A DNA stretch of 64,000 nt from a virus: IMG/VR virus record IMGVR_UViG_3300025647_000026, positions 13,879-77,878 of that record. One strand, written 5' to 3'. Of the stretch, positions 55,178 through 63,243 are shown piece after piece. Made by a program: the position numbers and the translations under genes. Numbering within the stretch: position 1 is the first letter of the stretch; each line of letters starts with the position of its first letter. Under the pieces are notes generated by a model. The model had not been told where the DNA came from. It was given only the letters and a program-made list of their open reading frames with translations, and made no database searches.

Positions 55178-55295
55178 TTATAACGTTTTGCAGATATGTG
55201 AAGTGTGGAGAGAGGCTGAATAATATAAACCGCACCACGCAGGTGAATAAGTTGGTGAAAATCCAATCACACATTTCATATATCTTTTGTTATGT
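55178..55295. repeat. attC-like site 2
   Basis: TTATAAC-gttttgc-agatatgtgaagtgtg...cacatttcatatatct-ttt-GTTATGT. Confidence 0.75.
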
Positions 55296-55310
55296 TCTCG
55301 TTTTAATGGA

Positions 55311-55405
55311 ATATAACGTATGGTGCTATGAGCAGGTTTGCCTTGCAGAAATGTTCAAGTTACCGAAAATGTTATTGGCAAACTTGCTTATAGCACGTGT
55401 TAGCA
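55311..55405. repeat. attC-like site 3
   Basis: ATATAAC-gtatg-gtgctatgagcaggtttgcc...ggcaaacttgcttatagcac-gt-GTTAGCA. Confidence 0.8.
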
Positions 55406-55495
55406 GTAGTACGGATTTAAACCACAAATGCTAAATCGAAGAACTAAACCTTTTTCTTTTCTTTTTTGAGCGAGGGCAAATATTAAAATAAAATT

Positions 55496-56479
55496 ATGAC
55501 AATAGATTTAAGATATGGAGATACAATAGAACAAATGAAATTGATACCTGATAAAAGTATTGACTTTATTTGCTGTGATTTACCTTACGGAACGACTGCT
55601 TGTGTTTGGGATATAATTATACCTTTTGATAAACTTTGGGAACAATACAAGCGAATTATTAAAGATAAAGGTGTAATTGTTTTATTTGGCTCAGAACCAT
55701 TTTCATCTTTATTGCGTACATCTAATTTAGATTGGTATAAATATGATTGGATTTGGGAAAAAAATAATGCAGGAAATTTTCAATTAGTAAATTACCAACC
55801 ATTGAAAATACACGAAACAATATCTGTATTTTATAATGAAACACCTAATATAGAATTTGCTAATATTATGATTGAAAATATGAAACGACTTAACTTGAAA
55901 CAAATTGATGTTTCTAAATTAGAACTTTCAAAAACAGGTGGAATGACAGGTTGGGTTACAAATAAAATGAATGGCTCACAATTACCAACTGAACATCAAT
56001 GGAATAAAATATGTGATTTATTTGGAATTGAAAATAAGCACAACGAAATACTTTCAACCGTAAAAAAGATTACCTATAATCTTGAACTTGATGATACTGA
56101 ATTGATTTTATCAAACAAAGGTAAAGCAGGAACACTTGGGCATTTATCAAGTGAAAGTAAAAGGGAAACATACATACAAGACAAAACAGGTTATCCAAAA
56201 AGTATATTGAGGTATAATAGGGAAAATGGACTACATCCAACGCAAAAACCTATACCATTGATGGAATTTTTGATAAAAACATACTCAAATGAGAATGAAA
56301 CTGTTTTAGATAACACGATGGGTAGTTGTTCAAGTGGAATTGCTTGTATAAATTTAAACCGAAACTTTATTGGAATAGATAATACCAAAAAGTATTTTAA
56401 TATTTCTTTAAAGAGGGTGGAAGAAAAAAGAAAAGAAAAATATTTTAACGTAGTAACTTCATTCGGAGATGGAATGTAG
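55496..56479 (+). CDS. Orphan N4-C/N6-A DNA methyltransferase (beta class) with inserted HTH, cassette-borne
   Basis: DLPY motif IV, HPTQKP, VLDNTMGSCS motif I; XRE-like HTH insert. Confidence 0.9.
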   Translation: MTIDLRYGDTIEQMKLIPDKSIDFICCDLPYGTTACVWDIIIPFDKLWEQYKRIIKDKGVIVLFGSEPFSSLLRTSNLDWYKYDWIWEKNNAGNFQLVNYQPLKIHETISVFYNETPNIEFANIMIENMKRLNLKQIDVSKLELSKTGGMTGWVTNKMNGSQLPTEHQWNKICDLFGIENKHNEILSTVKKITYNLELDDTELILSNKGKAGTLGHLSSESKRETYIQDKTGYPKSILRYNRENGLHPTQKPIPLMEFLIKTYSNENETVLDNTMGSCSSGIACINLNRNFIGIDNTKKYFNISLKRVEEKRKEKYFNVVTSFGDGM

Positions 56480-56521
56480 TATTACTGCTAACTACTCGAT
56501 TGGAGCAATAAATGTATAAGA

Positions 56522-56764
56522 ATGCAATATTTACAACATATAAACCTTGATACAATTATAATTATATATGCAGGTATTAAGAATACAAACTTAGTATTAA
56601 GTGATATTGGGCTTATAAATTATACTAATGGTAAAGTTTATAAAAAACAATTAAACAGTGGGTGTTATGGATATTTTATTGGGAGAAAATTTAAATCCGA
56701 AAGCAAATTAGATAAATACCCACTAACTAAAATTATTATAATAAAAGAAAAATTGCCGTTCTAA
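56522..56764 (+). CDS. Hypothetical protein
   Basis: ORF directly after array. Confidence 0.5.
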   Translation: MQYLQHINLDTIIIIYAGIKNTNLVLSDIGLINYTNGKVYKKQLNSGCYGYFIGRKFKSESKLDKYPLTKIIIIKEKLPF

Positions 56765-57234
56765 ACCACAATCGTAGTGTAATAAAAATTCTTTAAATCT
56801 ATCATACGTTCCTCGGAGCTATGGTAGATTTTTAGTTTAGTCTTATCCTCGTTAGTCCATATTCTTTCGCAGTCATGGCAAAGAATAAATCTATTTAACG
56901 GATGATGATACAAAGCACTATTAGCACTTCCTGCTATAATGTGGCTTACGTTCCTTCCACTAGGTTCTATTATTTCAACACCACAGTTCTCACATGGGCA
57001 TAATCCTTTACTTTCAGCTATATGTCGGGCAATCTCTTGAGCATAATAGTCTTTGTTAGCTACTATTCTCCCTTTCTGTTTATCACTTACCTTCTTAATA
57101 GCTTTTCTAGGCTTGTTTTTGGCTCTCTCTTGGGCTTTAAGGTAATATTCGGTACGTTTACATGTATCACAAGTTTTACTGCTTAAATGCGGTGTAAAAT
57201 CGTTTTGGCAATTGCTGCAAGTTTTTATTTTCAT
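56761..57234 (-). CDS. HNH/NinG-like Zn-finger nuclease
   Basis: CxxC pairs, SHII...N...LCHDC. Confidence 0.65.
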   Translation of the reverse strand: MKIKTCSNCQNDFTPHLSSKTCDTCKRTEYYLKAQERAKNKPRKAIKKVSDKQKGRIVANKDYYAQEIARHIAESKGLCPCENCGVEIIEPSGRNVSHIIAGSANSALYHHPLNRFILCHDCERIWTNEDKTKLKIYHSSEERMIDLKNFYYTTIVV

Positions 57235-57249
57235 AATGGTATAAAAAAA

Positions 57250-57774
57250 CTACCCTTGTGAGGTAGTTAGTTGTTTATATTCGTGAATAATATTAAGGGC
57301 TATGGTTCTTTCTTTAACATAATTCCTACCCTCCATAATGTTGTCCATTTTATGTAAAGCACTTATTATAGTAGTGTGGTGGAGTCCAGATTTAACTGAT
57401 TTTCTTTTAACCTTGTCAAACACAAGCCTTTCAAATACCATTCCTATTTCAGTTTGAGAGAGCAATGTTTCTTGGTTAAGAACATAAATAGCTATATGCC
57501 TCACTAATACAAGTTCATTCTTCCTGCTGTTCTGAATTATATGCTCTTTAGTTATATTAGTAATTATAAATATTGCTTTAAATATATTATCTATAACAGA
57601 GTTATTGTTAGTGTCAATACTAGCTTTTTTAACTACTTTCTTTTCCCAAATACTTTTGTAGTTATTGTAGTCAACCGCAAATTTTATCATATCTTCTTGG
57701 CAAAATATCTTTGCTTTATGTGTATAAGTTTTGTATGAGGGGTGTTGTTTTATAAAATATTCTTGTATTGTCAT
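57250..57774 (-). CDS. DnaA C-terminal (domain IV)-like DNA-binding protein
   Basis: SRKNELVLVRHIAIYV...SQTEIGMVF...HHTTIISA matches DnaA domain IV. Confidence 0.8.
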   Translation of the reverse strand: MTIQEYFIKQHPSYKTYTHKAKIFCQEDMIKFAVDYNNYKSIWEKKVVKKASIDTNNNSVIDNIFKAIFIITNITKEHIIQNSRKNELVLVRHIAIYVLNQETLLSQTEIGMVFERLVFDKVKRKSVKSGLHHTTIISALHKMDNIMEGRNYVKERTIALNIIHEYKQLTTSQG

Positions 57775-57776
57775 AA

Positions 57777-58037
57777 TTAATTTGCTTTTAAAATGTTTAA
57801 CGGGCTTAATCCTTTTTCTATTAATTTAATATCTACTGCCTTAGCAGCTTGCTTCTCTGTGGTAAAGAACTTGTGCCATTTAAACTTAGCAATCTGTGCT
57901 TTATAGTATAATATTTTATTATATTCAAACATGCTAACATGCTTATAAATTGATTTCCCTTTATGTATTTTATCTTTACGGTAGTGAAGTACTTGTAATA
58001 TCTCATCCGTTGTCATCGGTGTTTTAGTAGTATCCAT
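57777..58037 (-). CDS. AP2-like DNA-binding protein
   Basis: SIYKHV...YKAQI...FTTEKQAAKAVD. Confidence 0.55.
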   Translation of the reverse strand: MDTTKTPMTTDEILQVLHYRKDKIHKGKSIYKHVSMFEYNKILYYKAQIAKFKWHKFFTTEKQAAKAVDIKLIEKGLSPLNILKAN

Positions 58038-58231
58038 TAAATTCTTTGTCTTGATTAATATGTTTGTATTGTTTTTTAAGCTTTCTAATCTTAGATTCCT
58101 TAATTGCTTGTAGTTGTTCTTTGGAAAGCTTTTGATAAACATAGCCACGAGAAACGTTAATTTTCTCGCAGCTATGTTCTAATGTATTTCCTTTTGATGT
58201 TAAAGCAATTAGACTTTCATATAAGTCTTTA

Positions 58232-59470
58232 TTACTTATTGTCAGCATCTGCTATAAACTCAAATGTTAAGTTTTGTTCTCCACGTTTTACTTCTTCAAT
58301 AATTAACTGCCAATTGTTTTTCTTAGCAATAGCAAGTATATGTTTAAGTCTTTCGTTGCCTAAGCTTTCGCCATGCTCTAGGCATATTAATCCTAAGTCA
58401 GGGTTCTGAGCCATTTTAAGTTTAAATCCTAACTCAATAATTTCAGAAGTAGCTAACGAAGCACTGCTTACAGGAACACCATTATAAAGTAATTGTTCGT
58501 CATCAAAGTATAAGCCTTCTACTATTGGGTTCATATCTCTAATAACATCTTGAAGTGTTTGCCTTCCAGTTTCAATTAGCACAGTTAATTCACCAACTTC
58601 TTCTTCTAACTTTTCTAGCTTAACTATCTTACGTTTTTGTTCGGCAGCTTGTTCTGCTTTTTTGTTATGTTCGCTTATTGTGTTAAACTTAGCAGTAATA
58701 GTTGTTACATCTATTTTAGGGTTAGCAGGAATCCATTTAGCCGCTAATTCATCAGATTGCTTAGCAGCATAAATCTTAGCTTGTATATGCTTAATTTCTT
58801 CCTCCCAAATGTTTAAGTCTTTAGCTCTTATTTCTAAGTTTTCTAAAACTTTATCCACCTGAATATTCTTCTTGTTAGCAGCTTCTAATTCCATTTGAAT
58901 TTCAGCAGCATCTAAAGGTTCTATATCTAAATCTCTCCCAAACAAAGGACTTTCCTGAATCCATGCTTTATGTTGTTTAACCTTGCTAGTTAGTTCTGTT
59001 CTGTCGTCAAACGAAGCCTTAATAGTATTCTCAATCTTGCGTAAGAATATTTTAGTTTCTTCGTCTAGCATATCTCTGTACGCTTCTACTTGCTCTTTTT
59101 GTCCTTTTTTAGTGTCACTCATTTTTACGAACCCATCTACATCAAAGTCTATTTTGCCTACTAATTGAGCAATAGCTGATTTAGAATTATCCTTTAAGCC
59201 TTCACCGCTAACAGTTATAATGCTTTTACCGTCTTTAAACTTTACTTTAAGCTCGTAATCAATTCCGTTTTTATCAATTAACACTAAGCCTTCTCCTTTA
59301 GCATCTGGCGGTACAGCAGTCTTGCTCCCTAATGCAATTTCTATGAACTGCATAAAAGTAGATTTGCCTACACCATTTTCTGCTTTAACGAATACGTTTT
59401 TACCATCTAGGCTTACGTCTATGTCCTTTAATTTCTTGAACTCGTTTATTATTACTCTCTGTACTTTCAT
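58232..59470 (-). CDS. SMC/Rad50-like ATPase
   Basis: Walker A ENGVGKS, central coiled coil, LATSE signature-like and C-terminal Walker B-like region. Confidence 0.8.
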   Translation of the reverse strand: MKVQRVIINEFKKLKDIDVSLDGKNVFVKAENGVGKSTFMQFIEIALGSKTAVPPDAKGEGLVLIDKNGIDYELKVKFKDGKSIITVSGEGLKDNSKSAIAQLVGKIDFDVDGFVKMSDTKKGQKEQVEAYRDMLDEETKIFLRKIENTIKASFDDRTELTSKVKQHKAWIQESPLFGRDLDIEPLDAAEIQMELEAANKKNIQVDKVLENLEIRAKDLNIWEEEIKHIQAKIYAAKQSDELAAKWIPANPKIDVTTITAKFNTISEHNKKAEQAAEQKRKIVKLEKLEEEVGELTVLIETGRQTLQDVIRDMNPIVEGLYFDDEQLLYNGVPVSSASLATSEIIELGFKLKMAQNPDLGLICLEHGESLGNERLKHILAIAKKNNWQLIIEEVKRGEQNLTFEFIADADNK

Positions 59471-59586
59471 ATTGTTTTTCCTCTATTTGTTTTTGTTGTG
59501 CGATTTGTTCTCTTGTCAAGGAAGCCATTTCTAGCTCCCTTAACTCGAAAAATAATTGTTTACTCATTTGATAATCAAATAGTTAG

Positions 59587-60423
59587 CTAAAATGGAAGAT
59601 TATCATTATCGTCTTGATTATCAGCACCAAACCCCGAAGTAAAATTATTGCTAGGTGCAGTAATTTCTTCTCTCGTTCTAGGTGAACCATAAACTGCTTC
59701 AGTGTTAGCTAATTTACTAGGCTCGGCAGTAGGTGTAGTAGGAGTTTCTTCTCTAGTGTTGTCTTTCTTTAAGTACACTGCTAAAAATGCTTGTAAGTCA
59801 TTATCTAAGGCAGCAGCTAAAACATTTGATTCTTCGCCAATATTTACTAGCGAAAACTTAGGAATATGGTAAGCATTAGAACCTTTCTTACAAATTCTAG
59901 TGTCTGCTTCCATTTTAACAGCATTACTGTAAACAGTTTTCTTGTTAGCGTTCATAAAGTCCATCCAACCATCTAGTTTGATTTTGTCTTTAGCTCCATC
60001 AGCTTTATGGTCGCCACCGCTTAACGATGAGCCAGTCATAAGGAAATTCCCTATTTCTAAACTACCGCTGTCGTCTTTAAAAGCTATATAACAGCTTCTT
60101 GAATACTTGCCGCCTTTGGCTTTTACAGCATCTTTAATGTCGGCATACAAGCCTACTTCCATTGTGTTCTTACCGCAACGAACATTTAACTTTTCGCTGT
60201 TAGTAAACTTTACTTCATTAGAATAAATACCTTTTTCTTCGGATTCACTGTACCCTGAAATTGTGGTTAATTCATCTAATAATAGGAATGTGAACGGCAT
60301 TTTTACAGGCACGTTTTCTTTCTTCTCTTTGTCGTAGTATGTTATACTACCATCTTTACCTGACCATCTGAACCAACGCTTAGCTGGGTTTACCGATGTT
60401 TCTTCTTGATTACTTCTACTCAT
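59587..60423 (-). CDS. Putative ssDNA-binding protein
   Basis: Acidic tail ending DDNDNLPF; recombination gene context. Confidence 0.6.
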   Translation of the reverse strand: MSRSNQEETSVNPAKRWFRWSGKDGSITYYDKEKKENVPVKMPFTFLLLDELTTISGYSESEEKGIYSNEVKFTNSEKLNVRCGKNTMEVGLYADIKDAVKAKGGKYSRSCYIAFKDDSGSLEIGNFLMTGSSLSGGDHKADGAKDKIKLDGWMDFMNANKKTVYSNAVKMEADTRICKKGSNAYHIPKFSLVNIGEESNVLAAALDNDLQAFLAVYLKKDNTREETPTTPTAEPSKLANTEAVYGSPRTREEITAPSNNFTSGFGADNQDDNDNLPF

Positions 60424-60462
60424 TTTTACTTAATTTAATTTACTTGGTTTTTATTGTTTAAT

Positions 60463-60894
60463 TTATCTTTCTAAGATTTCTATTCCATAGTACGCTTCCA
60501 CGCACTTCTTCTTTAGCCTAAACATTGCGTAAGCTGCTCCTAATTTACTTCCTTTAACGTCTATATGCTGAACAGCACCGCTTGAATAAGTAACCATGTA
60601 GTCCAAAATATAAACAAAACATTTAATTCCTTTTATTTCTATTGGGAATTTTACTTGTTCTTCTATTTTGCTTATCGGGTTTTCTTCGTTGGCGTACTTG
60701 ACTATTGTATCTAGCTTTATTCTGTACTTCATTTCAGCCGTGCTTGCATAAACAGTTCCGTTATAAGTACGTTTCTCTTTAGGATTTACACCGTATTTGT
60801 TAGCTTTTGGTTTTACTAACTTCTTGCCTATGCCATCTTCTCCTACATGAACGCCTTTAGCCTTCAAGTCCTCCATAGTCCATTTTTTAGCCAT
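60463..60894 (-). CDS. DUF1064-like PD-(D/E)XK endonuclease
   Basis: NKYG...YASTAE...EQVKF...YILDY...IDVKG. Confidence 0.8.
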   Translation of the reverse strand: MAKKWTMEDLKAKGVHVGEDGIGKKLVKPKANKYGVNPKEKRTYNGTVYASTAEMKYRIKLDTIVKYANEENPISKIEEQVKFPIEIKGIKCFVYILDYMVTYSSGAVQHIDVKGSKLGAAYAMFRLKKKCVEAYYGIEILER

Positions 60895-60994
60895 TATGTT
60901 TATTCTCTATTAATTCCTTAATGATAATGTACCAACCTATTCCTAACACTATTGCTGCTGCAATAACTACTGATATTATTTGTTCTGTTTCCAT
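60887..60994 (-). CDS. 35-aa single-pass membrane microprotein
   Basis: METEQIISVVIAAAIVLGIGWYIIIKELIENKHNG; ATG 4 nt after TATCTTTG. Confidence 0.6.
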   Translation of the reverse strand: METEQIISVVIAAAIVLGIGWYIIIKELIENKHNG

Positions 60995-61083
60995 AATGCA
61001 AAGATAGGTTTTCCACATTTAGTTCCTAATTAATTTCTTTTAATTATTAAATATGACATTTTTGTTTATTTTTGTTGAGAGTT

Positions 61084-61242
61084 ATGAAAGAAACAAAACA
61101 AAAATGTAGTGGAGAACATGGCGGCACTAGACTATTATGCAGCCAAAGATTTGATTGCGCTAAATATTGTAAGCATCACACCGAAACAGTATTTGCCTTA
61201 AAAGATAAGTGTGAAAGTTTTGAACGTAAGGTTAAGCCTTAA
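61084..61242 (+). CDS. 52-aa Cys-rich microprotein
   Basis: MKETKQKCSGEHGGTRLLCSQRFDCAKYCKHH...; TATTTTTG upstream. Confidence 0.5.
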   Translation: MKETKQKCSGEHGGTRLLCSQRFDCAKYCKHHTETVFALKDKCESFERKVKP

Positions 61243-61598
61243 ATAATAAGTAAACGCACTACCTCAAGTAATATAATTACGCCCAAAGTTTTTAAGTAAG
61301 TTTTTAACTCGCTATTCTTAGCCTTAAGGGCTTTATTTTCTTTTACAATTATAGTATTGGTTTTAATGCAAGTATCGGCTAAGAACATGGTTCTATTAGC
61401 TTTTGACACTAATTCTTTATTGATACTATCTTTTGATTCTATAATTACTCTTAATGCTTTTTGTTCAAAAAAACATTTGATAGAGTTCTTAATAGATAGG
61501 CTTGTAGAGTCTTGATTCGATTGACCAAAGCCAATATGCGCTGTCAAAACTAAGAGAGTCAATAGCGATAAATGTTTCAATAAGTTTTCCTTTTTCAT
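61239..61598 (-). CDS. Possible spanin component
   Basis: Signal peptide, coiled coil, C-terminal hydrophobic segment; overlaps 61489..61794. Confidence 0.45.
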   Translation of the reverse strand: MKKENLLKHLSLLTLLVLTAHIGFGQSNQDSTSLSIKNSIKCFFEQKALRVIIESKDSINKELVSKANRTMFLADTCIKTNTIIVKENKALKAKNSELKTYLKTLGVIILLEVVRLLII

Positions 61599-61794
61599 GC
61601 TTAATTTTTGATTCTAATTTTATAATTACTGTATCTGAATGTTTGTTAGCTGCTATTACACTATCAGCTATGTGATTAATGTCATAAACCACTTCTTTGG
61701 GTTCTTCGTGTAAACTCTTACAAGTAAAATATCCACCGATAAATGATAGTATAATTACTGTTAATGTTGATACTATAAATGCTTTTATTGTCAT
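61489..61794 (-). CDS. Possible spanin component
   Basis: N-terminal TM, downstream of endolysin. Confidence 0.45.
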   Translation of the reverse strand: MTIKAFIVSTLTVIILSFIGGYFTCKSLHEEPKEVVYDINHIADSVIAANKHSDTVIIKLESKIKHEKGKLIETFIAIDSLSFDSAYWLWSIESRLYKPIY

Positions 61795-62183
61795 TTCTTA
61801 TTTGTAAATATTGTTAAAAATATATCGAATGTTTTAGGTTTAATAATCACATACCCAAAAAGCACACAGAAAATAGCATATTTTAAATCGTATTTTGTAA
61901 TTAGTAAAGTCATAACAGAAGCAAGTATTAGCCCAAATGTTTTTACAAACTTAATTACATGACCACCGTTCCAAATAAAAGTCTTTTCCCAATAACTTAC
62001 TACTCCATCATTATTTCTATCCTTAGTGCCATAAAATGCCTTTTGCGACCAAAATATTTTAGCTGCTTCACTTTTAAAGTAATAGCTAACAGTATCGTAA
62101 TACCATATTCCCTCGAATATAGCCTCACAGAAACCCGCAAAAGCGTATGCTATAAGTGATATTGATATAAGTAGGATTATCAT
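61791..62183 (-). CDS. Multi-pass membrane protein in lysis cassette
   Basis: Three hydrophobic segments. Confidence 0.55.
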   Translation of the reverse strand: MIILLISISLIAYAFAGFCEAIFEGIWYYDTVSYYFKSEAAKIFWSQKAFYGTKDRNNDGVVSYWEKTFIWNGGHVIKFVKTFGLILASVMTLLITKYDLKYAIFCVLFGYVIIKPKTFDIFLTIFTNKK

Positions 62184-62644
62184 GGTTTGAAATAAAGTTG
62201 GCTCTCTCTTAATCTTCTACGGGTTAATCCTGCTAAAACCTTATTTCCTCCTCTATTCCACTTAGCAAACTCTGCTGCTATTGTTGGGTCGTTAGGGTTA
62301 GCGTTTACTTTCTTTAGTAAAGTTGAACTCTTTAGGTTAGCTGCTCCGCAATTATAAGCGAATGAAACTAATGCTGAAAACTGATTCTCGTTAAGAGTAT
62401 CTACGCAATAAGCATCTATATCTTTCTCATATTGCCCTAATGTGGCTGCTAGGAGCTGTTCTGCTGCCTCTAATGATATGCTTGGGTCGGTTAGTTTAAC
62501 TTTTCCGCCATGTAAATAGCGAGTATTTCCGTAACCAATAGTACAAATTTTTACTGGGCATAAATATGGTTTAGCACTAAATCCTTCAAACTCTTTTATA
62601 AGGTCTAGCCCTGCTTTATTTATTTTCGTTATTTTCATTTCCAT
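62180..62644 (-). CDS. Endolysin, GH24 lysozyme
   Basis: LIKEFEGF...TIGYG...NQFSALVSFAYNCG...GLTRRR. Confidence 0.95.
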   Translation of the reverse strand: MEMKITKINKAGLDLIKEFEGFSAKPYLCPVKICTIGYGNTRYLHGGKVKLTDPSISLEAAEQLLAATLGQYEKDIDAYCVDTLNENQFSALVSFAYNCGAANLKSSTLLKKVNANPNDPTIAAEFAKWNRGGNKVLAGLTRRRLRESQLYFKP

Positions 62645-62819
62645 TTATTTTAGTAACATACCCACCCAATGCAATTACCGCAGGAATTATTAATTTATTC
62701 CAATCCTTTGAAAATTCAAAAACACTAAAATCAATCGTTGACCATGCTGTTGCAATTGCTACTAATGCGCCTATAATTGTAGATGCGTGCGAATGCCAAT
62801 TTTCTTTAATTTTTTTCAT
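62616..62819 (-). CDS. Holin candidate
   Basis: Two TM helices, charged ends, overlaps endolysin start. Confidence 0.65.
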   Translation of the reverse strand: MKKIKENWHSHASTIIGALVAIATAWSTIDFSVFEFSKDWNKLIIPAVIALGGYVTKINGNENNENK

Positions 62820-62979
62820 ACCAATTTTTTATTAATTTAACGATTGATAAAATCGAAAACACGAAGGCAGCTACACCTGCTAACACTTGTATAATTGGCA
62901 GTATAGCCATTGCACAAGCTGTTATAACCCCACCCCAAACAACCCCGTTTTCAATTAATAATAATAAATTTTTTTTCAT
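62806..62979 (-). CDS. Second holin-like membrane protein (57 aa)
   Basis: MKKNLLLLIENGVVWGGVITACAMAILPIIQVLAGVAAFVFSILSIVKLIKNWYEKN read directly. Confidence 0.6.
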   Translation of the reverse strand: MKKNLLLLIENGVVWGGVITACAMAILPIIQVLAGVAAFVFSILSIVKLIKNWYEKN

Positions 62980-62982
62980 GTA

Positions 62983-63243
62983 TCAAATTTTTTCTATCGG
63001 TAAAATTATTTCATCATATTGCACCATTGCACTAATTTCTAATTCTGTAAAAAGGCTGCTTAATTCAGCATTCACAACTAGCCATATTTTGCCGTTTATG
63101 TCCTTTATTGGATTAGCATAATTAAGCGTACTCTCATCGTCAGACAGCCCTAATAAAACGCTGCATTTAGCTTCTAAAATATTAAAGTTAGCAAGTGAAC
63201 TGCACTTGTGATAGCGTGGGTAAATTGTAGTGATTTCTAACAT
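62983..63243 (-). CDS. Hypothetical protein
   Basis: Coupled to upstream tail-like gene. Confidence 0.5.
   Translation of the reverse strand: MLEITTIYPRYHKCSSLANFNILEAKCSVLLGLSDDESTLNYANPIKDINGKIWLVVNAELSSLFTELEISAMVQYDEIILPIEKI

Larger units (their letters stand above)
54771..56492. mobile_element. Integron-like gene cassette array (three cassettes, no integrase in window)
   Basis: Three TAAC...GTT-bounded hairpins; each cassette bounded by self-complementary ends of 9-14 bp. Confidence 0.8.

Noticed and set aside
54771-55405. CRISPR array or REP/MITE interpretation of the hairpins
   Set aside because: Repeats are long, non-identical and separated by genes with self-complementary ends; no constant spacers, cas genes or target-site duplications.
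55165-55434. 89-aa ORF in the ORF track
   Set aside because: It is a read-through of attC-like sites 2 and 3 with a non-ATG start; better explained as non-coding recombination sites.
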